From Styela clava (lineage: Eukaryota): a stretch of DNA of 64,000 nt. Where the stretch lies: contig NC_135262.1 in NCBI RefSeq assembly GCF_964204865.1, forward strand, positions 17,918,001 through 17,982,000, given 5' to 3'. Each line of letters opens with the position of its first letter. Within the stretch, counting starts at the first letter, position 1. The notes beneath the pieces are model-generated. The model ran no database searches. It saw only the letters and a program-made list of their open reading frames with translations, and was not told the origin of the DNA. This document shows positions 1 through 13,842 of this stretch, piece by piece. Made by a program: the position numbers and the translations under genes.

Positions 1-1677
1 AATGATAAAAACAAACTTTTTTGCAAATAAGTTTCAATGATGTTTCAATTCCAAAATTTGAAAATAAAAATAAGGAAGATGAAGAATAATTATAATTTAT
101 GAAAACATAGTATACCGTCGAACTATCTTGTTTCAGACACTAATCCAATATTTGAAACAAATTACGAAAAAAAATTTCTAGCATACTAAACTAATCTATT
201 ATTAGCAGAGACACCGGTAAATATTTCTATAATTTTTGCAGTGTTTAGAAATTACTTTATAAAAAAAATTGTTTTATTAGTAGAAGCAGTATGTGGATGA
301 AGAAAAGAATCTACGTTTATAGAGATGCGTACTAAGTTTTATGACGATCGACGATGTCATCTTCCCATTGCTCGACTGGGCAAATCGGCCCTTTCTTGAA
401 ATGAAGGGTGTCATTCTTCGGTGCAAAAGCAGCACCAATGAACAATGCAAGAATGTACATCGTGAGCTCGTTTACTCCACCCACGTACTGTAATATGATA
501 GATCAACAGATAGGAGGCTTGGCAAAAAGTCATGCACAAAATGTCATCGTAACAAAGTTATTAAAACACATAGGCCTACAGGTGCTACTCCAAAAAAAAT
601 TCTTCATACTTGGACAACAATACTTGGCAACATCTGGTAGAATGAACTTTGAAAATAGATGACTTGAAGGCGGAATATTGAGCAAAAATATGCAAATATA
701 AATCTATATAACAAAAATCTAGCATATATACATATATAACATAGCCCCACCTATCATAATAATAAGCACTTCAGCGAAAACATCAACTATACGAGACACT
801 CAAAAACCACTTGGGTTATACAGTCAGTAACTGAACCAACAGAGAGTATGCCACAAATTTAATTTCACTGAGATTCAACGTATACTTGGTATAGCACTGA
901 ACAGAATAGATGCCTATATCTGCTGCATTCTGCTTTATGCTACAACTTACAAAATATGATATTTCCTCATTTAAAATCAAAGTTCGACGATTATGTTACC
1001 AAAGGTTTATTTGTTGGATAATGACAAATTAATAAAGGACGTTTCATTACCCCTTATCGACAGTCAGGAAAATCTATCAATCATGCTAGATACTACAAAT
1101 CGAATTATGTACAAAATATAAAAATATGCGCCTGCCACATAGCTTGTAGGAATTTATCTTTGAAGTAGCACCATGAAATATAAAAATTGAGACAAGCCAG
1201 GCCATAAATCATTTCTTGTAATCATGCATTCCAAGTAAGAGCATTCAAATATTTACCAATACCGTAAAGCAATCATTTTTAGATTTGTGAAAGGGGGAAA
1301 ACAAATTAAATTAAATTATCTATAAACAATGTCAAAAAAGTAGGATAAAAGTACATGCTCATGCATGTGAAATCGTCATATATTCCAGAAATTTTCCTTT
1401 CAATTAACAACGCAACAGTAATCCTACCGATTAATATATTTAGTGACTTTTGATCATTTTTATTTAACTTTAACCAATTCAATCTACCTTGTTTTCACTA
1501 TTTACCAAATATCACACACCACAAATAGATTTATTTACCCGAGTCTCTGATAATTCTACTTACAACCCACCACTCACAACTTTCCAGGCACCAATCTATT
1601 AGGAATACTAAGCCCTACCTACACCATACACCCTAACATAGAATTACCCATCTACAATGCAAATCAACATTCATTAC

Positions 1678-4471
1678 CATTCTGTTCTCTTGTTGGTGTT
1701 GAAGGTTGTGAAATAGTATTTGTTCTTGCAATTGCTGGCGAGGACCCACTTGGTTGACGTGCGAGTGCTGGTAATGCTGATGGCTTACTCGGTGTGCTCT
1801 GTGTAGAAAATTAAGTTGTTATTAAATAAAAGTGGATCAATGCAAATTGAGAAAGATTTTGTATAACAAACTATTATGAAAAACAGATTCTAACTTCGAT
1901 TTCTAAGGATGTAAAGAAAACTGAACAGAGGCATCCATATTATTAATTTAGAATACATATTTTGCAATAACTGTAATTAATATGCAATCGAATACACATA
2001 CACAACAAAAATCTGATAGTTAGATAAGGCTGCAATTCTCTTGTTCCTCAGTACGCCTATTAGGTTCATAATCATCTGCTGGCATTGCCAAATCTGATTT
2101 GATGTAAATAAAAGCTCCTTGCCCCCTACTGTACAAGTAATAAAGCAAATAGCAAAATAATCTTGATAACAATGGGGAAAGGATTTATTACTGAATTAGA
2201 AAATTAATAAATATACTTGAATTAATTTGGTGTCATTGTGTTCTGTTGGAACATCTTTTCTTTGTCTTACAGCGAGTTCTTGGCTTAGATCTAAAAGAAA
2301 TAAATATGCATATTAAGGAAGCCATATATCTACCTAAATAAGGACTTATATTTTTTGATAGAATATTTGATATAGATATGATATCATATCACCTTTTCCA
2401 AAAAATGTTCTATCAAGGAAGGACCACAGAAAGACCACCATGAGGACTGGTTTAATATATTATGAATCCTGAAACAAGTATGATTACGATATACTTTTAC
2501 TGAAACACTATTCTGGAAATGTATCCTGAACTTAATCAATAAATAATGACGTTTGTTATGCTGTATAAGTGTATAGCATTCTAAAATGCATCATTTAATA
2601 ATACATCTGTGAGGACCAACACAATATATGGTATCGATAAATTCCCTTTGCAATTTCAAAAAATTTTAAAATTTTATGAACACCCTATACATATAGATCA
2701 CCGTGAATTGCTATTACAGAAGAAAATTCACCATTGTATAGAAGAACCATACTTTCGACCAAATATATACAATGCAATAATATGAGGGAAATAATGACTA
2801 AATGATGGATCCATTTATATATACAAAGTGAATTGAAAGTAGATCAGAAATAGCCTCAGGGTTAACATGATATAGTTCATGAGTTTAATGAGGCACTTGC
2901 TGATTCACACCTAATAAGTGTAGAGTAGCTATCAGCACTTTGAATAAAGAATAGCTCACAACAAATAAGTGAACATGAAACTGCAAAAAATTAATACTTT
3001 CGAAGTATATATATACCAAGTAAATAACCATAAACAATACATACCTCTTGCTTCATCTCTCAAACGTTGAACCGTCACAGCTAATGCTTCTTTTTCATCT
3101 AATTCACTTTCCAGAAAAGCGTTCCGCTCCAGTGCATGATTAAGCCGTTGTTCAAAATCTTCTAACGATACAATAGTTGCTCTAGAATAGAAGTGATAAA
3201 AAGAGGTTTTTATTTAGACAACGCCCTTTTAAGTGCTACCCAGCAACCACATTGGCCCGTGAAAAGTATTCTAATTTTTTCCATATTTTACTGAGCTATG
3301 TATCCCCTAGCACAATGGATCTTAAACTTTCGGCGTGACGGAGCCCGTGAAGGGGTAGACTATTATTTACGGAGCTCCACAATAAATTTTGATTCAAATT
3401 ACTTTATTTAATTAATGACTCGGATGTATTTACAGTTGTCAGATTTTATTAATGCCATTAATATTATTGCTTCTTTGAACAGTTAGTTAGTTTGAAAAAT
3501 TAGCCAAGTCAGTATTTTAATAAGTAAATGAATAGCTCACGGAGCTATGTTTTTGAAAGGTCAACACTCAATATTATTTCTAAGAATTTTGATGTAATAC
3601 AACTTCACTTCTTAGAATGAGATTTGTCTTACCTTTTGGTTCTTTCTAAATCATCGTTGGCTTGTTCTAATTCTCGAATATATTTAATATTTTCTGCTTT
3701 TAATGCTGTTTCCATGGCAAGTGCACTTTCCAAGTCAGTTATTTGGCGATGACTTTCTGCTTGGTGCATTTCTAGTTTTTCCTGTTTTGAGAAAATGTTT
3801 GCAAGGAAATTTGTAAAAAGCATATTTGGTATATATTATGTAATATGTAAGAAGCATAATATACACAATGATAATTATTAATTTATAATAAACATACCAA
3901 ACCAATACAATTGCTTAGCGAGGAAGTCCAGAAAAATAACTGTAATCACAATATAGGAATAATATTGAAAAAGCTAATTACTTTCAATGATTCACATTCA
4001 AGATTTAATTTCATATTTTTCTGTCTCATATCTTTTAATTCTTTTTCATTCATTTCATTCATGGCTTCAAGTTCTTTTTCTAGTTCCTTGCTTGACTCTG
4101 TAAATTCTGCCATTTCATCTTGAACTTCTCCTACACTGAAGATATAAAAAATAATAATACTTAAATTTTATAATGCATAAAAATGTTTATCCAGAAATAT
4201 TTTCAGATATTTATTTTGTATAAAGTACTTTATTATATATGACATATGTATATATAAATATACTGCTGGTATTGCAACAGGCCTACTTAAAATGCAGTGG
4301 TTCAATATACAGTGTCTTTTCACCAGACAAACCATTAGCTTTTGATGTAGCTAAGATTTCAGAACTCCATAAAACTTACATCTTTTTATATTGATGAGCC
4401 TGATTTTTCCAATATTGTAATTCCTGTTCAGGGTCAGTAAAATTTGTTTTAAATTCCTCGCAATCCGACAT
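1678..4471 (-). CDS. NDE1: Nuclear distribution protein nudE homolog (NDE1/NDEL1), multi-exon, 3'-incomplete. Coding exons 4380-4471, 3982-4135, 3633-3781, 3045-3181, 2217-2290, 1678-1798
   Basis: Manual splice: [22 protein letters not shown]...[14 protein letters not shown]...[74 protein letters not shown], the NudE coiled coil, followed by an S/P/T-rich linker. All introns GT-AG with matching phases. In-frame upstream ATG at 4492 is an alternative start. Conserved C-terminal helix not found in the window. Confidence 0.93.
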
Positions 4472-7465
4472 TATGCCGTTGTTAACTTTCATTAAAATAT
4501 TAGAAAATGTTTTCTATTATGAATATATAATTTTAATAACAATACACCTGCAAGATATGAATAAAAGGAAATATTTAAAAAAATTGTCATTTTAACTAAA
4601 CAGCTAAAGACCAGGCGATCAAAATGTTATGCAATTGGCAATTGCCCATATTTCAAACAGTCTAATCCCCAATAATTACAATCATGCTGAAATCATAGCA
4701 AAAATACTTCTTTATTTAGCATCCTCAAAATCCACTTGGCAAATTCTAATAGTTTATGTTGTTGACTTGTTGATAGTGTCAAATACTAAGTTATATATAC
4801 ACACTTGCACAGCAACATTCTTGACAAGATGCTAGTGATTTAGGATAAGACAAATTGTACACAGAATCAAAATAACGATCAGATTTACTCTAATACTTTA
4901 GTCCAACAGAAGGATATATCCGTAGTACTAAGCTTGTTATAAAAAAAAAAGGCTTCAATAGTCTAAATATATATTCACTCAATACTAATAAGCATTAGAC
5001 AGAAGCATCAAACTATAAACTAATCAATAACAGGCTGAATTGATTGAAATAAAAACGGAAGCCTAATTAGGCTTCTAGTCGTGATCAGTCTTGGACTGAT
5101 GAACATCTATATCATGTAGTAAATATTGATTACACCTACCATACTTATAAAAATAAGATAGAACATTTCAACAGAACGAATAGTCACTTATAGGCAACAA
5201 TTCTATATGTTAGGCATTAATCAACTTAATTAACATTAGCCTTAGCTGATTCACTGTTACAATAATAGGCATATAAAAGTTTTTAAACAGCAGTTAACCA
5301 AATGACAGAATGTACCCAATGAAATGACCAATTTTGCCCAATGTGTTATACCATGAGTGCCATTTTGATAGCAAAAAAATCAATGAATATTTTTGCATGC
5401 ATTATGCAACAACAAAGTGTAAAATCAGACATAAATATTTCAGTATTGTCTACAATGCCTTTTCTATCATTTTGTATGAATAATCAAATATATTGCAATA
5501 ACAGCACCACATATTCAAAAATAATATTATTAACAGCGTCAGCATTGATCTTAATAGAATGCAAGAGTTGAATGATTTATGTAGGCCTATAGAATATCTT
5601 ATAATGAAAGTATAGAGCTGTTAAATGGATACTTTATTAACAAATTTAGCAACCGACGAGTTTTTGAACCGTTTTCATCAGATGTAACAAATATCCACAA
5701 TGAATATTTTCACAAGACGTTCTTATTTTTCTGAGAGTCGTAATCAATATGGAAGTTCATTATTAATAATACTAAATGGTTACAAAATCAGCGTTCTATA
5801 CCTGTACCATTTTAAGCATTTCACTATACTATACCGATGTGCCTATCCCTATTACAGCTACAATGGACAAAAGATGACCTGACCCCATGGCTAGCATTTG
5901 TTTTCCTATTGTTCAAATCTGCCTTGGAATGTATTGATGCTACATGTCCACATGCTATTTGACATGAGGTCAAATTCAACTAAAATGATTCAACTAAAAA
6001 TGGGGAGTAGCTCTTTTCAAACATTTGTATATATTGTGAAAAATTTATTGTGAAAAACAGAAATTGCTGCTTCAATTAGTAGTTAAAGATGATTCATGTA
6101 CCAAACATTTGCTTTATGATATTGGCTGAGTCTACAATCACAAAAATAACGGATATATTATCCCAAGACTAGGAAAACCTGGTTTTTATGTCCATACAGT
6201 CTATCTCTTTTTTATTTAATATACAATCATATTGTAGTATTCCAAACAGAAGATGAATATCTTTATAACAGAAGCTTAATAAGCCAGAATAATCCACTTA
6301 AAAGATTACTAAATCATGTTTGAACTATGGCAGTATTCTTCTGAAGTGGCCCTTTCACTAAAACATGGAAATTAACAGATCCAAACTTTTCACGATAAGA
6401 AATAATAGTAAACAGAAACTCTTCATAAAGTAGGCAAGGCATATATGCCTTATTATTAATAAAGCTAAAATATGAATTTCGACAAATATATTTTTCATTC
6501 CTCTAATCAACTGACAAGAGCTGCTGTATACAGCCTTTGTTGGAATATGAACTTTAAACATTAAATTGCTCCTTACATCGTATTCCAGCCTAAGGGTAAA
6601 TAGTACTTTGATGACGTTTTGAAAAAATATTTGTGGAATGCTTAGGTGCGCCTCGTATTTGTTAGCAAATTAACCCGTCTGTTATGTACTTATACATACT
6701 TAAAGCCAAGGGTCGCTTTTGAAAGAACCTCATAGTTCATTATTAGCAATATCTGAATATAATAGAAAATACATATAACTAGACATGCATGCAAGAAAAA
6801 AAGTATCAAGATAATCCAAAGATGACATTATTATATAATAAGTTATATAACATTAAATAATGTGCAGTAAATTTACTAATGATAAACATTTAACAGTTCT
6901 GGCACAAATTTAAAAAACTAATATTAAATGACTATATTGTATCATGTAAAGATTAAGTCATTTATACATGTGAAATACTTGGAGTTCCTCTCTATTTATA
7001 AGCAACACATCTTCTCTCAACTTTCAAAAGTTGAAGAAATAGTCAACTGAAAAGTCAAATATTACCAATAGCATTGGCAACTCAGTTTTGAGACCCACTG
7101 GGCATCATACATAGCGAAACAAAAAACTTAAATTAGTAAGATCATTATTCCTCTCTATAACTTGCTTTACTGTTATTGGGCCTAGTAAGTTATTAAGACT
7201 ACAGTTATGTATTAAATCATTACCGGTACTTTAATTTTAGAACTAGAAAAAAAGAGCATCATCTGTTATATAGCCTAGCCTATTCAATATTGTGAATTCA
7301 TTTCATTTGACAATCATTACATGACCAATAAGAAAAGTGATCGAAATAATATTCAAAGTTAGTTGAGCAATCTTATAAGAACTAATTAACTTCTATCGAA
7401 AGTATACACATAGTGAATTATCATATTATAAAATAAAATAGTGGATCATAGACATGCCACTAGAG

Positions 7466-7760
7466 CAGAAGTGGGCAACTTCTCTAGTCGGCGGGCCAGA
7501 TGTGGGAAAATGAAGTTCTCGGCGGGCCGGATTATAACATGAATAGTATTCAATATCTTAATCACATATTTAGTCGCTAATGCAAGAAAGAAAATTATAA
7601 ATTTCGTTTAAAGTAAAGTTTAAACTACAAAAAAATACAGACCAAAAAATTTATCATAATGTACTAAAAGTGTAATAATGTAATATCATAATGTACTGAT
7701 GTACAGCCTGTGGGGCGGTCAAAATCTCGTCGCGGGCCGGACGCCGGCTGCATGTTGCAA
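7466..7760. mobile_element. hAT (Charlie-like) MITE, right end degenerate
   Basis: Starts CAGAAGTGGGCAAC; GCGGGCC subterminal repeats at both ends; preceded by CACTAGAG; no clear second TIR or TSD. Confidence 0.55.
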
Positions 7761-7925
7761 ATACAAAAAATTGCTAATAACCTACCGGTAAATCTAAACA
7801 TCAATAGCCAATCACAAGTTAAAAAGAATAGATAAACAATGCAGAAATGACAAAATAGAACAACTGTTGATTAGCAACATCTAGTGAGTGCCAGCATGAT
7901 TAAAGTATTTTTCTGACATGTAGGC

Positions 7926-8338
7926 CAGCCTATCCCAAAGGGTACACCGCAGCGACTTGCTAAGTCTTAAGAGCGCCCCAAAAAATTAACAAAATTGTGT
8001 TAAACATACGGTAACGAATATATGATTGAATATTTTACATATTGTATTCATTATAAATGCTTTGTTTCTTATTTTAAATGCTGTGTATATAAATCAGAAA
8101 TTCATTTTACCTTTCTATGTCGTTTACTATATACAGATATATAACTTGGCGTCTGCCTTTATTGTTACGTAAGAATAGACTAGACATAGACACTACTTGC
8201 AGGTATTTTTCGAACTGCAGTTTATTTATCTTTTGAACCTGATTTAGCCGACATGAGTGATTCTTTTGTGTAAGTGCACCGTGATTTTATTTCCCTGATA
8301 ATTTGGCGCCAAACCAAAAAAAAGTTTGGGAACCGCTG
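7926..8338. mobile_element. hAT MITE
   Basis: Imperfect TIRs CAGCCTATCCCAAA ... TTTGGGAACCGCTG; perfect 8-bp TSD ATGTAGGC (7918-7925, 8339-8346); related copy at 19082-19447. Confidence 0.85.
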
Positions 8339-9294
8339 ATGTAGGCTATATAGCTTGGCGTCATTATTGATGTGCATATATATCTTTTTACCTTTAGAAT
8401 TCAAATTTTCTCCTCAATGAATAAGAAATTATATTTCAATATAAAGTTTTTTCCGCCTTTTGTTTTCAAACAGTTGCATTCCAGGAATTTCTGGAAGTTA
8501 ATTCTTCATGTACTTTCAGACTTTAGCTATTATTTGTATTTAATGGGGCAAATATAATGATTTTCAGAAGGATTTAGAATATATATATCTATTTGAAAAT
8601 CCAGGCATTTTGCATTGAACATAAAAAACACATTTACTGTAACTACACGAATCACATGGATTTCTTTGCTAAACTTTTTAAATATATTAAATAGCAAATA
8701 TCAGTAATATTGGGTTAGAATTGATGAAACTTCGGTATGTGATTGAGATCATGTTAAACAAGTAAAATCACGTACTGAAGTAGTTTGATGATGCTGAGAT
8801 CGAACACAAAAGTGGCACCAAACTAATTCAGTATAGCACACTATCCAAATTCCAAGAATTTCCCTCCAAGGAAAGGAAGGAATTCAATGATGACGTTACT
8901 AGAGTGCGCTTCTTTGTAGTATTTTGCGCAACTTCATTATACTGCATTATTACCGATATTGAGGGACAACAATGTCCAGACGTCTCCCAAAGAAGGGGTG
9001 TCTGATCATCTGTAAAATGGGTTTCTCTGAAACGGGACAATGTCACCCGATTTGTATAGTGTGCTGTACTGTAATTCTGAACGAAAATTTATTTCATTCT
9101 TGCCATCTCTTGTCTCATTTTATACAGCAAATTCTGAAGTTGAAAGATATTCATCAATATTTAACAACATCATTCGACCTTCTATGAAATCACCTTAAAA
9201 TTGGCCAGAACCAACTTAACAATGTAGACGACTTTAAAGAAATGCAAAATTTGGAAACACAAAAAATAAGCAATAGTCGGGTCTCATGTACTTT

Positions 9295-9390
9295 CTTACC
9301 TGAATAACTTCTAGTGGGCGTGGCGTAACAATTTTTGGATATATGATTCCTGACCCCCACCTGATGACGTCATCCAAAAATTACGTCACT
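9295..9390 (-). promoter_or_regulatory. Putative regulatory cluster or non-coding 5' exon donor upstream of nudE
   Basis: GC box GGGCGTGGC (~9316), palindromic CRE GATGACGTCATC (9363-9374), TTACGTCA (9381-9388), minus-strand donor CAG|GTAAG at ~9300. Confidence 0.35.
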
Positions 9391-10115
9391 GGCTACTCTC
9401 AGACTCTTAACTCAGCTGTCTTCTCGCACAAACTGATTAGAAGGCATTTCCCAGTCAGATCTGTCAGACTGTGCTTCAAATTGCAGATCACTCCATCCTG
9501 CCATCACTTTACAGCTTTAATACAGTTGATACTGTATACAGGTACCGTACCGTACCGGTATGCTGTCTGATACCGGTACGGTACCGGTAACGTTTGTCTG
9601 TATGTTCGCATCTCATTTTGACACCCCCAATACTGCAATATGACTTTTGTGCTACCAACCCCTCTCCGCCTTTCAAGTCAAATATAAACTTCTCGAATCA
9701 TTGAGGACGAGGTGTAAATACAGACCCAAATGCTAATGGTCCGGATAGCCTACATGACACACATCCCACATTCTAATCTTGAACTAATGAAAGCTGGAAA
9801 GGTTGAGACAATTTTTTTTACATCTTTTGAGTTATTTTGAACCCTATAAACTACGCCGACAATTCCAAATCCCGAAACCGGGGGCCGTGTCCCCCAATGG
9901 GCCACAATACCAAGCACATTATTGATTTTAATGCAACTTTTGAACTTGGTTGGCATAATTTTCCTTTGTTTCAAAATTCTCCGTTTCCCAGTTCTTTCCC
10001 AGTTTGGTAACCGGATGAGTGTTCAATTTACATCCGCTAGGGGCGCAACGCGAATGTAGTATTTTTACCACTGTCTCCCCCCGAGTTCGCTGATTTACCT
10101 AGAAAATTGCCTAAG

Positions 10116-10385
10116 GGTATATAAAATGCCCTTTGCAAGATATCTACAGATCCGTTCCGGTAGGTTTGGGTAGATATTCTACGCCGTTTCAATAATTTAG
10201 GGGCCGTTCCGGTATCTATGGGAACTGCCCCCTTCCCAACTTCACTGTTTTAACTGGAGCCTGGAGGTATATCAAATTGCCTTTACAATATATCTACAGG
10301 TCCATTCTGGTAGGTTTAGGTAAATTTTCTAAGCTGTTGGGCCCGTTCCGGTAATTTAGCGGCCGTTCCGGTAATTAAAGGAACC
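10116..10385. repeat. ~150-bp tandem duplication with GCCGTTCCGGTA subrepeats (probably TE subterminal)
   Basis: GGTATAT..AAT.GCC.TT.CAA.ATATCTACAG.TCC.TTC.GGTAGGTTT.GGTA at ~10117 and ~10267; CCGTTCCGGTA occurs several times. Confidence 0.55.
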
Positions 10386-10529
10386 CGCAGACAAGGTGTT
10401 TTCATTTTCTTGTGCATGAATTGTTTGATCATAATGAAATTTGGAATTAACAAATCAAATTAACACTATAAATACTGAAATACCTCTCTGCTCCGCAAAT
10501 TCTAACTTTTGTTGTTCAGTAGTTTGTTG

Positions 10530-10632
10530 ACAAGGCATCTGGCCTGCAGATAGCGGTCAAACCTCTAACTAAACCTAGTTTACTTCCCCAGGATAAATAA
10601 TATGTAAATCTTATCTTATCTCATCTTAATCA
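10530..10632 (+). mobile_element. SINE/LINE 3' end relic with (TCTTA)n tail
   Basis: Ends in AATCTTATCTTATCTCATCTTAATC, a pentamer tail of the kind seen on retroposon 3' ends. Confidence 0.4.
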
Positions 10633-11190
10633 AGAAGACAGTTTCACAGAATTCTCCATTTTTAATTTGTGTGTATCATGGAGTTTTCAAAATAAACTAT
10701 CTATCTACAAAAGAAGACAGCTTCATTAAACATTACCAACGAATCAGCATTATCATCTGAGAACTGCAGAACTAGGGACCTCGAAGTTGGAGATTTAGTC
10801 TAATAGGTGTGGGAGAATCAGTACAGCAGTCTTAGCGCCTAACGCGGAAAGCCACACGGTGCGCGATTTTAATGACACTATAATCAAACAATCCATACGT
10901 ACATTTCGTGTCCAATAATTAATAGTAAAATTAATATTTGTTCTGTTCATATTTATGAGCCAATGCTCTAGGTAGGATAGTAACTGTATCTTTACCGTGG
11001 ATTATATTTGGCGTCCTTCTTGTTCGATCTTATGTCTGCATTTGTTCTCCAGATTATGCCAAGTTCGAATTTGCTATATTGGCGAATACTGGTAGGCAAT
11101 GGGGCCATTATTCTTTTACCGTCTAGTCAATTTTCAGCATTTATGATAACCAAGTGTAAGCAATTGCTTATCAACTTTTTTAATTTTTAG

Positions 11191-11193
<3 letters not shown>

Positions 11194-11225
<32 letters not shown>
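11194..11225. repeat. (TA)n microsatellite
   Basis: Direct reading. Confidence 0.95.
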
Positions 11226-11226
<1 letters not shown>

Positions 11227-11699
11227 TATTGTAATGCTTTTCAATTTTTTATGTTAAAAATTAGCCGTTGTATTTTTTACTTCATTTTTTAGCAGACCTA
11301 TGACCTGTGCCATATTTGACAGCATGTAACAAGAAGGATAATATTAAAGCTAAAACAATATAGTGGTTGAACTCTTTTCCGATGTGACGCCTTGGTTGAA
11401 GTTGCTGAGAAGTCATTATCTAATAGAAGTGGTTGTAATACCTACCGACAAGGCAGGGAACTCGATATCTTACTATAAATGGCATCAATGTTTTCAGTAA
11501 TTCTGGGAGCAGTTAATCTAATTTCAAATCTATCTAACTCCAAAAACTCTAAATGACTTCAATTTTGGTAAAATATAATCTTTTGTCACACTCTCTTATT
11601 CTTGAAGTGATCATTCGTTTGAGATTAATAAATGTCGGTCTTCAGATTACTGATCTGCAACCACAGTATAATCAAGCCATATACTAAATACTTCATCAG

Positions 11700-12232
11700 T
11701 TTTGATTTTCAATTTTAGTGACTTCAACCGCCTCAAAATCGATAGGACAAAATTTCATCAACCGTACTTCTTCCTTTTAGTGTTTAGCTTTTTAGTGACC
11801 TCAGCCACCCCATCACCCGTCGGAAGAAATTCCATCCACTTCTTCCTGTTAGTGTTCAGCTTTTCAGTGACCTCCGCCACCTCATTATTCGACGGAAGAA
11901 ATTTCATCCACTTTTTCCTTTTAGTGTTCAGCTTTTTAATGACTTCAACCACCTCATTATTCGTCGGAAGAAATTTAATCAACTTCTTTCTTTTAGTGTT
12001 CAGCTTTTTAATGACTTCAACCACCTCATTATTCGTCGGAAGAAATTTCATCCACTTCTTCCTTTTAGTGTTCTGCTTTTTAGTGACTTCAACCACCTCA
12101 TTATTCGTCGGAAGAAAATTCATCCACTTCTTCCTTTTAGGGTTCAGCCTTTTAGTGTCTTCAGACACCTCACCACCCGTCGGAGGAAATTTCATCCACT
12201 TCTTCCTTTTAGTGTTCAGCCTTTTAGTGTTT
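11700..12232. repeat. 72-bp minisatellite, about 6.5 good units plus one degenerate unit
   Basis: Unit starts at 11766, 11838, 11910, 11982, 12054, 12126, 12198. Explains ORFs 11702..12439(+) and 11758..12195(-) (24-aa repeats). Confidence 0.95.
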
Positions 12233-13539
12233 TTTAATTTTTCACCTTTGCGAACACTTCAACTTCCGTTTTTCCTCCACTTCATCCGTTTCTTCCTTCA
12301 GCCTTTCAGTCTTGTCCGTAGTTTGGTGATGGTTTCTTCATTCGCTGCAGTGTGTCACATGCAACGACTTTCCCCATCAGCGCGTTCGAACACGCATGGC
12401 CGAAACTGGCGACGGGAAGATAATGATCTTTTTTCTTAGATATTAATATATATATATGCGCTTGTATGTAAGCTTATCATGTTAAACATAGCCCAAATAA
12501 TACATCACCACTTGACGTACTGTTTATGCGTGGACTGCTTGCAACTCGCAAAAAGAAGATTGATGAAATAAATATTGAATATTTGACACCTATCCCACAC
12601 GGAAAAAATACGAAGTGGGATAGGCAAATAATTTTTAAAATTGTGTACGTGACGATGGTGGTAGAATAGAATACCAATACTGTATTTTTGTTATTACTCT
12701 CATCTCTGACGGGCATTGTTACCCGATTGACACGCTGTGCTCCACTATATTATTTAATCTTTTTATTTTTTTTTCTTACTTTCTGAAAGTGAAATACGAT
12801 GATAAGTCGCTGGGATGTTCACGTAACAATTGACTGTTCATGGTTAGCTATTTGCACGTCAAGAGTAGATTCATTTATCAGACCGATATTACAATGTGAC
12901 TGCCAGAGCAGCTAAATACAATCATAATTAAAATAACTCACTTATACAGCTAAATACAATTATAAAAAAACTGACGAGGGCGATTCAGGACTTTCTGCAA
13001 CATGGACATATAATGTGCATAACGTCGTATGCTATACTTTCTGGCAAACAGGTTCTGTGGCTCCATTTTCGACAATTTACATACATACTGCTTGTTTCTT
13101 TTTGAATCATAGGAAAACATTCCTACGATGTCTGTGTATCAATCATAGTTAATCTGGCGAAAGAAGAGATTCAGTGTGACTTCGGCATCTCCTATGCTGT
13201 TGTGTAGATCAGGGCTTTTCAAACTAGGGGCCGCGAAACGAATTTTAGGGGCCGCAAAAAGAGCACCAGTTTTACACAAAGTACTATATCTATTGTACTT
13301 TTCCAGACTCTTGATTCGAAATAAAATCATTAAAAATAATGTGAAACAAAAATTTCAGATTCCTAATGAACACATCATCATACTGTGTAAATAAGACAGT
13401 GTCTTCAATTTTATTTCGACAATAACACTAGGGTTTATTCTGGGGTGATGTAGAGAATAACGAGATTTTTATTATGCCAAATATGAATAGCCTAGGGATT
13501 TCCATTACTTATAAATAGCAAGTCTTCATTCAAAATAAC

Positions 13540-13798
13540 TGTAGTGTCTCGCCTCTATCTTCAATGTTCTTTATCTTGCTAAGCTTTCCTCAAGGCAACA
13601 CACGATATTTGCACACAAAATAGGAGGCTTTTACTGCTACAATTCAGTATGCACAAAAGTAACTGATACAACTTAATAAACAGCGAATAACACCATACAA
13701 TAGAACCAGCACCAGCCACGCCGTCAATGTCCTTCTGCTCCCCTTGGCATTTATAAATCAATCATGCAATTCATGACCATCGGACCATGAACACTACA
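13540..13798 (-). repeat. 3' LTR of the Gypsy element (259 bp)
   Basis: Direct repeat of 17931-18215; preceded on the minus strand by the polypurine tract. Confidence 0.95.
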
Positions 13799-13842
13799 TC
13801 CCTCCTTTTGTTGCGGGTAGATGGTAAACTAGACTTATTTCA

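Noticed and set aside
2898-2938. Intronic hairpin TGCTGAT...ATCAGCA as a miRNA or snoRNA
   Set aside because: Stem too short and interrupted; no C/D or H/ACA boxes.
8828-9240. Short ORFs in a GC-elevated block upstream of nudE
   Set aside because: No recognisable motif or consistent splice frame; possibly UTR or non-coding.
12250-12330. RKKRMKWRK on the minus strand resembling homeodomain helix 3
   Set aside because: No WFQN or upstream helices, and it is flanked by in-frame stops.
11702-12439. 245-aa 'multi-pass membrane protein' ORF
   Set aside because: TTG start; hydrophobicity and openness follow from the T-rich 72-bp repeat.
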